Shown: piece after piece, positions 18,622-25,997 of the stretch | Position numbering within the stretch: the stretch's first letter is position 1 | How the letters are laid out: each line of letters begins with the position of its first letter | Source: Clostridia bacterium | GTDB lineage: Bacteria; Bacillota; Clostridia; TANB77; CAG-508 | Direction: 5' to 3' | NCBI GenBank assembly: GCA_016290095.1 | Contig: JAEESU010000025.1 | Location: 8,161 to 72,160 of the forward strand | Length of the DNA stretch: 64,000 nucleotides | Program-made: the position numbers and the translations under genes | The notes under the pieces: generated by a model | The model's input: the letters and a program-made list of their open reading frames with translations, nothing else | Told to the model about the DNA's origin: nothing | The model's database searches: none

Positions 18622-19893
18622 ATGCGAAAAGTTGTATTAGTAGGTGGTGCAACAGGAAGAGAACATGCAATAGCAAAACAATTTTATGAGCAAGGATATG
18701 AATTATCTGCAATATTATGGGCCGAAAATGAGTATGTTAAAAAATATTGCAATGGAAAATATCTTAGAATTGATTTAAATAAAGTTGAAGAAGTTTTTGA
18801 AGCTATAAAAGAAATAAAACCAGATTATGTTATGATAGGTCAAGGTGAAGTAATACAAAGAGGTTTATGTGATTTGCTTAAAGAAGTAAATATTCCATAT
18901 ATTGGGCCAACAAAGAAATTGGCTCAATTAGAAGGATCAAAAACATTTTGTAGAAATCTTCTAGAGGAAATAGATGATTCATTGAATCCAAAACATAGAG
19001 ACTTTTATGAAATATCAAAAGAATTAGAAGATTATATTAATGATTTTAGTACAAAAATTGTTGTAAAATGTGATGGAGTAATTACAGGTCCACGTGTAAG
19101 AATTTATGAAAATAATCAAAAAGATGAAGCTATAAAAAATGCCAAGAACTGGTTAGAACAATATGGTCACATAATTGTTGAAGAATTTATTAATGGACAT
19201 GAAGTTGCTATAATGAGTTACACTGATGGAAAAAGCCTTGTACATACACCTGTATTTAAAAATCATAAAAGAATAGGTGAAAATAATACAGGAGAAAATA
19301 CTTCAGGAATGGGAACAATAACTGGAAAGGAGTGTTTTCCATATATATCAGAAACTGCAATAGAAAAAATGCATGAGATAACAGAAAAAGTTATGAAAGT
19401 AATAACAGAGAAATACAACGAAAAATATATGGGAAGCCTTTATGGAGAATTCTTGGTTTCTGAAGATGATGTAAAGGTAATTGAATATAATTGTAGATTT
19501 GGAAATCCATCTATGATGAACATTCTAGCTATAATGAAAATTAGTTTTCCAGAATTATGTGAGCACATTTTAAATGGAACTATTAATGAATTAGACAATA
19601 TTTTTGATGAAGAAAGTGTAAGTTTATCTGCATATGTTGTGCCTAAAGATTATACTGTAAATAAAGATTATGTTGGAACAGAAGTTGATTTTTCTGAAGT
19701 TGATGAAGATATATTTTATTGCGGAAATATGAATTATGAAAATGGAAAGTTTTATTTAAAAAATAGTAGAGCATTTGCTGTTTGTATAAAAGAAAAGAAT
19801 ATATCTGCGGCAAGAAAAAGAGTTTATGGAGAACTAGAAAAAGTAAAAGGTAACATTTATTATAGAAAAGATATTGGGGAGGTTTTAGCGTGA
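18622..19893 (+). CDS. PurD-like ATP-grasp ligase (phosphoribosylamine-glycine ligase family paralog)
   Basis: VVLVGGATGREHAIA, EEFINGHEVAIMSYTDG, GENTSGMGT and VIEYNCRFGNPSMM parallel the PurD motifs. Confidence 0.7.
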   Translation: MRKVVLVGGATGREHAIAKQFYEQGYELSAILWAENEYVKKYCNGKYLRIDLNKVEEVFEAIKEIKPDYVMIGQGEVIQRGLCDLLKEVNIPYIGPTKKLAQLEGSKTFCRNLLEEIDDSLNPKHRDFYEISKELEDYINDFSTKIVVKCDGVITGPRVRIYENNQKDEAIKNAKNWLEQYGHIIVEEFINGHEVAIMSYTDGKSLVHTPVFKNHKRIGENNTGENTSGMGTITGKECFPYISETAIEKMHEITEKVMKVITEKYNEKYMGSLYGEFLVSEDDVKVIEYNCRFGNPSMMNILAIMKISFPELCEHILNGTINELDNIFDEESVSLSAYVVPKDYTVNKDYVGTEVDFSEVDEDIFYCGNMNYENGKFYLKNSRAFAVCIKEKNISAARKRVYGELEKVKGNIYYRKDIGEVLA

Positions 19894-20468
19894 AAATAGG
19901 ATTTGATTTGGATGGAGTAATATTAGATAATACAAGTTTTAAAGTTAAAATGTTTAAAGAGCTATATGATATGAATTTTGAGGATTGGCAGGTTTCATCT
20001 AATATTATTGATGAGTATGTTCCTGACAGAGAAATAAGAAGAAGCGTTGGAAAATTAGCCAGTACAAGAGAAATTGCGAGAATCTTAGACACAAAATGTG
20101 TTGAAGTATTAGCTAAATTAAAAGCTGACGGAAATGAATTATACATTGTCAGCAGAAGAGGTAAATCTGATGATGGACAAAAAGCTGCCTTAAGGACAAT
20201 CAAAGAACTTAATTTAGGACAGTATTTTGAAGATATTATTCTTTGTGAGACAGAAGAAGATAAAATAAATACAATAATTAATAGAGGAATAAATATTTTT
20301 ATAGATGATAGAATAGGTGTTGCTGAAGGAGTATATGGAAAAATAAATTGTAGTTTACTATTTGATAATTTTGAATTAGTAGATAGACATCTAATAAAAA
20401 TGGAAAAACCAATTTCATGCGTAAGAAGTTTTGAAGACATAGAAAGAGAGGTTCAGAAATATGAATAG
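19890..20468 (+). CDS. HAD-superfamily phosphatase (NT5C-like, paralog of 9344-9940)
   Basis: GTG start overlapping the upstream stop (GTGA). Motif I FDLDGV, ..LYIVSRR.., ..NIFIDD.. Confidence 0.65.
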   Translation: MKIGFDLDGVILDNTSFKVKMFKELYDMNFEDWQVSSNIIDEYVPDREIRRSVGKLASTREIARILDTKCVEVLAKLKADGNELYIVSRRGKSDDGQKAALRTIKELNLGQYFEDIILCETEEDKINTIINRGINIFIDDRIGVAEGVYGKINCSLLFDNFELVDRHLIKMEKPISCVRSFEDIEREVQKYE

Positions 20469-21408
20469 CATCGAGGAATATAAAGAAAAAATTGAAAGAG
20501 CAATTAATGGTAAGATAGATAAAATTGAATTAATATCTAAAACAAATAATATAGTATTAAGATATGCATTAAATGGTATATATTATTTTGCAAAGTTTTA
20601 TAAAGATGGGGAAACTCATACAGATAATGAAGTTTTATTATATGAAAATATTCCAGTAGAGGGGAGAAAATACTTAAAAAATTTAGTTTACTCAAATTTT
20701 GAAACTGATGAAAGTGAAAAATTTGCAATTTATGAAGAGGTAAAAGGGAAGACATTAGCAAGTTTGCTTGATAATAACGCAGTAAATGAAGAAATGGCTG
20801 GAAAAATTGCAAAAGAATTGTTAAACTATTTTAGAATCGTATCTAAAATAAATAGTACTAATTATGGAAATCTTGCACATAATTTCGATGGAAATTATGT
20901 GGATTTTCTTCAATATTTGTATGAATATCAATTTAAAACTACAGAAACTCTTTTTTTGGATAGTAAAACTAGAGGAATATCATCATTACCTTATGAGTTA
21001 TTATCAAAATATGCAGATTTGTTAGATGAAGGATATAGTTGTGTTACACCTATTGATTCCAATTTCAAAAATATTATGATTACTGATAAAGGGGAAGTAA
21101 AAATAGTGGATCCAGGAGCAATTGTAAGTGCTCCGATGAGTATGGGATTAGGAGAATTAGTAGCCCACTCTTATGGAACAATTATATATGATAAGCTAAT
21201 TGAAGAGATGCATCCTACATCAAAAGATAAAAAGAGATTAAGTATATATGGAATCTTGTCATCAATGAATGTTATGGCATTTTTAGTAAGGAACAAGATA
21301 GGTGATATTAATACAAGTAAACCGTTTGGAAATAAAAATACATTTTTTGAATTAATAAGAGGACATTTAGGAGTTATACAGAAAGAAGATATTGTAGAAG
21401 AAAGATAG
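20461..21408 (+). CDS. kinase-fold protein (aminoglycoside/choline phosphotransferase-like)
   Basis: Catalytic-loop-like PIDSNFKNIMI and ..KIVDPGA.. Overlaps the upstream stop by 8 nt. Confidence 0.5.
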   Translation: MNSIEEYKEKIERAINGKIDKIELISKTNNIVLRYALNGIYYFAKFYKDGETHTDNEVLLYENIPVEGRKYLKNLVYSNFETDESEKFAIYEEVKGKTLASLLDNNAVNEEMAGKIAKELLNYFRIVSKINSTNYGNLAHNFDGNYVDFLQYLYEYQFKTTETLFLDSKTRGISSLPYELLSKYADLLDEGYSCVTPIDSNFKNIMITDKGEVKIVDPGAIVSAPMSMGLGELVAHSYGTIIYDKLIEEMHPTSKDKKRLSIYGILSSMNVMAFLVRNKIGDINTSKPFGNKNTFFELIRGHLGVIQKEDIVEER

Positions 21409-21419
21409 ATGGAGTAAAT

Positions 21420-22334
21420 ATGGTAGGTTTTTATAGATTAATTGATGAAAATGGTGCAGAAAATGAAATTGCTATTGATTCATTTAAAAAAGAAAAAGAA
21501 ATTTATAACACTTATTTCAAAAAAAATAATAAAGAACCAAATAATATTAATATAGAAAATATGAGTTATTCTCCAATTTATGTAGATAAAGATTTGGAGT
21601 GTTTTTCAAAATTAAAAAATATTATAGAAAAAAACATAAAAGAAAAACTAAATGTAAATGAAATAAAAACGCCTAACATACTAGAGAATAATGAAAGATT
21701 TGTAGAGTTACAAAAGCTTTTTGGATTAGAACAATTTATTTGCAATAATAATTATATTCTTCCACCTGCAAGTGATTTTGCAGTTTTCGAATGGTTTAAA
21801 GGAAGAGATATAGTAAAAAAAGAAATACCATACAGAATATATGAATTTGCTAAATGTTACAGAATAGAGGAAAAAGAAAAACAGACAAATGTGCTTAAAA
21901 GACCTACTTCTTTTCATCTTCCTGATATTCATGTTTTTCATGATGAGGGAAGCTATGAAGAATGTTTAAAACATTTGCAAATATATGATAATGTTTTAAA
22001 TGAATTAGATATTAAACATGATTTAGCTTTAAGAATAACTGAGGAAGAATATAATTTTCATAAAGATAAAATAATAGAGATTTCAAAAAAACTAAACAAA
22101 AAAATGATTGTAAATGTTGTTCCTAGTTCAATAAAGTATTGGGAATCAAAATTTAAATATATATACATAGATAGTCAAGAAGATGTTGTTCAATTGTCAA
22201 CAGTTCAAGTAGATTATAGAACATCTAAATTATTTAATATAAAAATAGAAGGGGAATATGCGAAAATAATTCATTCTTCAATTGGAAGTATGGAAAGAGT
22301 GATGTATGCGTATTTAGATAAATATAATGATTAA
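21420..22334 (+). CDS. class IIa aaRS-like catalytic core (Thr/Pro/Ser-RS type) lacking an anticodon-binding domain
   Basis: Motif 2-like CYRIEEKEKQTNVLKRPTSFHLPDIHVF. Motif 3-like SIGSMERVMYAYL. Length is 304 aa. Confidence 0.6.
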   Translation: MVGFYRLIDENGAENEIAIDSFKKEKEIYNTYFKKNNKEPNNINIENMSYSPIYVDKDLECFSKLKNIIEKNIKEKLNVNEIKTPNILENNERFVELQKLFGLEQFICNNNYILPPASDFAVFEWFKGRDIVKKEIPYRIYEFAKCYRIEEKEKQTNVLKRPTSFHLPDIHVFHDEGSYEECLKHLQIYDNVLNELDIKHDLALRITEEEYNFHKDKIIEISKKLNKKMIVNVVPSSIKYWESKFKYIYIDSQEDVVQLSTVQVDYRTSKLFNIKIEGEYAKIIHSSIGSMERVMYAYLDKYND

Positions 22335-22890
22335 AATTGCTGTAACAGGTCCACATTGTTGTGGGAAAAGTACTGTTTTGAAAAAAGTGAGTAGTATTTT
22401 ATCTGAAAATAAAAAAATAAATTTCGAAAAATTCGATGGTAGTGATTCTCCAGTTGATTATAGTAGTTCAGAATATTTGAAAAATAATAATAAGGCAGAA
22501 ATTGATATTACATATTGGATGATACAGAAACTTATTAAAAGAGAAATAGATCTTGAGTATAGTAATAAGGAAATTGCTGTATTAGATAGATGTATTATAG
22601 ATCAAATAGTATATCCATCAGAATTATTAAGTGAAGAATACACAAATGATATTTTTGGCTTTATCAAATTATGGATGAAAATTCATCCATATGACATTGT
22701 TTTTTATATTCCACAAAATAATGAATTATTGCAAAAATATGGCAAAAAAGATAAAAGTTCAGAATATTTGAAAAATATTGAAAATAGATATTTTTCAGTG
22801 TTAGAACAATTGAAAATAAATTATATAGTTTTACCAAAAGATCAAGACGAACAGGTTAGAATAATAGCAGATTACTTAAGTAATTTGTAG
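22327..22890 (+). CDS. P-loop NTPase / nucleoside(-tide) kinase-like protein
   Basis: Walker A VTGPHCCGKST. Overlaps the upstream stop by 8 nt. Confidence 0.6.
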   Translation: MIKIAVTGPHCCGKSTVLKKVSSILSENKKINFEKFDGSDSPVDYSSSEYLKNNNKAEIDITYWMIQKLIKREIDLEYSNKEIAVLDRCIIDQIVYPSELLSEEYTNDIFGFIKLWMKIHPYDIVFYIPQNNELLQKYGKKDKSSEYLKNIENRYFSVLEQLKINYIVLPKDQDEQVRIIADYLSNL

Positions 22891-23000
22891 AAGGAAAAAA
22901 AGCTTGACAAGGCTGATATAATATACTCGAGAGGAAATTGTATTTGACAACAAATACAATAATGTTAAAAATTCGATTAATTACTAATAAGGGGAATTAT

Positions 23001-23579
23001 ATGGACGAAGAAAGGAAAAAATTTTTGGCATCAATTCGAGTAGAAAAAGAGAATCATCCAACAATTAAAAAAAGTAAAGGAATTATTTATCCTAATTACT
23101 TAGTAAAAAATGGTATAGATGGATTAACTCATATTGATCATGTTACTCATTTGGGAATTAAAATAGGAGAACAAACATATACAGACGAAGAGATATTACA
23201 TATTGCTTTAGGTTGCTTACTTCACGATGTAGGTAGAGGTCGTGAACTTCCGGGACAAAGACATGGAGCAGCAGGCGAACCATTAGTTAGAAGTATTTTA
23301 AAAGACAGATTTTTTCAATACTTTGATATAGATGTTGATAAAATTGCATATGCTGTAAAACATCATGATGAAGGAAAAGTAATAAGAGATAGAATAATAG
23401 GAGGCATATGGGATGCGGATAGATTATCGCTGTTTAGATTCCCATCTAAAGTGATAGATTTAAGCTTACTTTCAACAAATGAAGCTAAAGAATTACTCTC
23501 ATATGCTAAAAAATATATTGAAGATAATATGGGTGAGTATAACAGAGATCGTGAGTCTGATGACGATGATGCAAGATAA
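23001..23579 (+). CDS. HD-domain phosphohydrolase with C-terminal tail ending DDDDAR
   Basis: LLHDVGR, KHHDEG and WDADRLS motifs. Start moved to ATG 23001 behind a GGGGA SD. Tail is ..NRDRESDDDDAR-stop. Confidence 0.7.
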   Translation: MDEERKKFLASIRVEKENHPTIKKSKGIIYPNYLVKNGIDGLTHIDHVTHLGIKIGEQTYTDEEILHIALGCLLHDVGRGRELPGQRHGAAGEPLVRSILKDRFFQYFDIDVDKIAYAVKHHDEGKVIRDRIIGGIWDADRLSLFRFPSKVIDLSLLSTNEAKELLSYAKKYIEDNMGEYNRDRESDDDDAR

Positions 23580-23583
23580 AGAA

Positions 23584-23625
23584 GAAACCGGCCAGCATAT
23601 TCATGCGGGGCCGGTTTCTTTTTTT
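23584..23625. terminator. GC-rich hairpin terminator between convergent HD gene and aspS
   Basis: GAAACCGGCC...GGCCGGTTTC followed by a T7 run on the + strand. Confidence 0.8.
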
Positions 23626-23645
23626 GTGCTATCCAGAGACAGCGT

Positions 23646-23657
23646 GTGATTGTTTGA
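23646..23657. repeat. left copy of a 12-bp inverted repeat bracketing aspS (GTGATTGTTTGA)
   Basis: Exact reverse complement of 25028-25039. Confidence 0.9.
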
Positions 23658-23660
23658 TGT

Positions 23661-24983
23661 TTACGGTGTGAGACGCTTGGGGTTCCTAGATACCAGGGTT
23701 ACAGCACGAATGTTGGGGAGGCCAAGCATTTTCATAATAAGCCTTGCCAGACCAAATCCGAAACCACCATGGGGAACAGAACCATACTGGAAGAAGGTGA
23801 GATAGTCCTTGAGGGATTCCATCAGTTTGCTGTCCTTTTCAGTTTTTTCCTTTTCGAGGATCTGAGAAACGAGGACATCATACCGGTGTTCTCTCTGGGC
23901 GCCAGTTGTTACCTCAACACCACGATAAATCAAGTCGAAGCTCTTGGTAAGAGTGGGGTTAGATTCGTGGCGCATGTGGTAGAAAGGACGGACGCTTACA
24001 GGATAATCTGTCACAAAAACAAAATCGTGGCCGTAGTGCTGTTCAACATATTGGCCGAGAAGCTGTTCTTCTTCAGGACTCAGGTCGTTTTCTTTTTGAG
24101 ATACACATCCGAATTCTTTCTTAAGGATTTCCTTGACTGTCGCGAGGGGAATCCGAGGGAAAGGTGTAGACGGAACGATAATCTCTTTTCCATACAGTTC
24201 CTGAACTCTGCTACCAAGCTTTTTGGCAGCAACCGCCATAAAGTACTGGATCCATTCTTCTTCCAGTTTCATGACATCTTCATGGCTTTCAATCCAAGAA
24301 ATCTCTGCGTCGACACTGATGAACTCAGTTTCGTGCCTAGAGGTAAAACTCGGATTAGCGCGGAAAACAGGACCAATCTCGAAAACCTTTTCGAATCCAG
24401 CGTTCATCGCCATCTGCTTATAAAATTGAGGCGACTGAGCCAGGTACGCAGTTTTTCCGAAGTATGGAACGGAGAAAAGTTCGCTACCAGATTCGGAGCT
24501 TGTTCCCATGAGTTTGGGGCTGTGAATCTCAATGAAATTGTGGTCGGACCAATACTGACGCATTGCCTGTTCGATAACCGTGCTGAGCTCGAAGATGAGC
24601 CGGTTTTCAGGAGCACGAAGCTCAAGAAATCTCCAGTTCATTTTGAGTTCTTGAGAAGAATTTTCGTCGATAGGGAGCTCTGCCGGTGCTAGGGAAACCA
24701 CATTGATTTTTTGGGGAAGAATCTCAATGCCACCGAGCTTTACACTGGGATTGTGATAAACTTCGCCAAAAATTTCCACGGTGGAATTTACAGTGAGAGT
24801 AGAACAGATGCTGGCCAGCTCAGGATTTTCCTCTTTGCTAACAAAAATCTGCACAGAACCACTGAAATCCCGGACGACCAAAAAAATGAAACGTTTGGTG
24901 TTACGTACGCTTGCGACAAAACCACAGATTTTTACGTCTGATGGTGCAATTGCAGCAAGACTTCCAATGAGATTCCTGTTCAT
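23661..24983 (-). CDS. aspS: aspartyl-tRNA synthetase, archaeal/eukaryal type (short form, no GAD insertion); GC-rich cassette 2
   Basis: N-terminal OB fold, QSPQFYKQ, motif 2 FRANPSFTSRHETEFISVDAE, motif 3 GGFGFGLARLIMKMLGLPNIR. Length is 440 aa. GAAGGAGG SD. Confidence 0.88.
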   Translation of the reverse strand: MNRNLIGSLAAIAPSDVKICGFVASVRNTKRFIFLVVRDFSGSVQIFVSKEENPELASICSTLTVNSTVEIFGEVYHNPSVKLGGIEILPQKINVVSLAPAELPIDENSSQELKMNWRFLELRAPENRLIFELSTVIEQAMRQYWSDHNFIEIHSPKLMGTSSESGSELFSVPYFGKTAYLAQSPQFYKQMAMNAGFEKVFEIGPVFRANPSFTSRHETEFISVDAEISWIESHEDVMKLEEEWIQYFMAVAAKKLGSRVQELYGKEIIVPSTPFPRIPLATVKEILKKEFGCVSQKENDLSPEEEQLLGQYVEQHYGHDFVFVTDYPVSVRPFYHMRHESNPTLTKSFDLIYRGVEVTTGAQREHRYDVLVSQILEKEKTEKDSKLMESLKDYLTFFQYGSVPHGGFGFGLARLIMKMLGLPNIRAVTLVSRNPKRLTP

Positions 24984-25027
24984 GGATATTCCTCCTTCGT
25001 TTGCGATGTGAATGTACTATGTAAATC

Positions 25028-25039
25028 TCAAACAATCAC
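25028..25039. repeat. right copy of the 12-bp inverted repeat (TCAAACAATCAC) in the aspS 5' UTR
   Basis: Exact reverse complement of 23646-23657. Lies in the loop of a 10-bp UTR hairpin (ATGTAAATCT/AGATTTACAT). Confidence 0.9.
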
Positions 25040-25058
25040 GGAAAAGATTTACATAATT

Positions 25059-25087
25059 ATTATACAACAGAGGCCCCAAATAGTCAA
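25059..25087 (-). promoter_or_regulatory. sigma-A type promoter of aspS
   Basis: On the minus strand: TTGACT, 17 nt spacer, TATAAT. Confidence 0.65.
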
Positions 25088-25186
25088 TAAAAGATTGATA
25101 TATTACATATTTTTAAATGTTATTGTTTCAATTATTTTTTAGTGATATTATATTTTATATAAAAAAGATAGGAGATATTTTTTTAT

Positions 25187-25780
25187 ATGACAATGTCAGA
25201 ATTTATAAATTATTTTCAATATAATGCAGTAGTAACATTAAGTACATTTTTTATATCTTTATTTGTATTAGTACTTCACTATACTACAAAGGGAAAATCA
25301 ACATCAAGGTGGTTTTCAACACAAAGAGCATCTCTTTTAAAACCACGTACGTATATTAGACTTTTTACACATGCTTTAGGACATTCAGATTGGGGACATT
25401 TTTCAAGAAACTTTTCAACTATATTGTTATTAGGTCCATTAATAGAAGAAAAATATGGATCAATTAATTTGCTTATAATGTTTTTAATTACAGCTTTTTT
25501 GGCAGGCGTTGTTAATTTTATTATTGGAAAAAGCAATATGAAAGGAGCTAGTTGTCTTACATATATGCTAATTGTTTTAAGTGCATTTGCAAATTTTGAT
25601 GGTACTAAAATTCCACTTACATTAGTATTAATAATATTATTTTATATTGTAAACGAAATTATTGATTTTAGAAAAAAAGATAACATTGCACATTATAGTC
25701 ATTTAATTGGAGCATTATGTGGAGTGGTATTTGGAATAATTTGTATAAATTCTGATTTAATAGAGTTTTTTATTAAATAA
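25187..25780 (+). CDS. rhomboid-family intramembrane protease-like protein
   Basis: Multi-pass membrane protein with HALGHSDWGH..N, a GAS motif and a distal HLIGALCG. Confidence 0.55.
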   Translation: MTMSEFINYFQYNAVVTLSTFFISLFVLVLHYTTKGKSTSRWFSTQRASLLKPRTYIRLFTHALGHSDWGHFSRNFSTILLLGPLIEEKYGSINLLIMFLITAFLAGVVNFIIGKSNMKGASCLTYMLIVLSAFANFDGTKIPLTLVLIILFYIVNEIIDFRKKDNIAHYSHLIGALCGVVFGIICINSDLIEFFIK

Positions 25781-25784
25781 ACGA

Positions 25785-25918
25785 GTTTCTCAGGGACGTT
25801 CCTTTTGGTTCCAAAATGGAACCAAAGGGACACTCTTTTGATGTATCAATAAAACACAAAATAATAGGAGTGTCCCGTGAGTGCCAGAATGGCACTAAAA
25901 GGAACGTCCCTGAGAAAC
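25785..25918. repeat. nested-palindrome GC-rich intergenic element, copy 1
   Basis: Perfect 18-bp outer stem GTTTCTCAGGGACGTTCC/GGAACGTCCCTGAGAAAC. It encloses three inner elements: the TTGGTTCCA-aaa-TGGAACCAA hairpin, the GGGACACTC...GAGTGTCCC stem and the GTGCCA-gaa-TGGCAC hairpin. Confidence 0.9.
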
Positions 25919-25997
25919 CATCTTGTTTCAATTTTTTATTAATGATATAATTTTTTCGAAACGGTTATAATATGAAAAAAGAAAAGGAGGAAATTTA

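Noticed and set aside
22900-22922. Perfect TTGACA and TATAAT hexamers only 7 bp apart, flanked by AAGCTT and CTCGAG sites, as a possible engineered or deleted promoter.
   Set aside because: A 7-bp spacer cannot form a sigma-A promoter, and 6-bp restriction sites occur by chance. A plausible TTGACA-16-TAAAAA promoter follows at 22934-22961. There is no further evidence of engineering here.
23769-24692. A 307-aa + strand ORF and several smaller ORFs inside the AspRS block; also 14369-14704 -, 14541-14789 +, 32619-32888 -, 33021-33397 -, 33580-33834 -, 42309-42497 + and 51641-51844 -.
   Set aside because: These are shadow ORFs, expected in G+C-richer DNA where stop codons are rarer. The opposite or alternative frame has the SD, promoter, terminator and, for aspS, unmistakable motifs.
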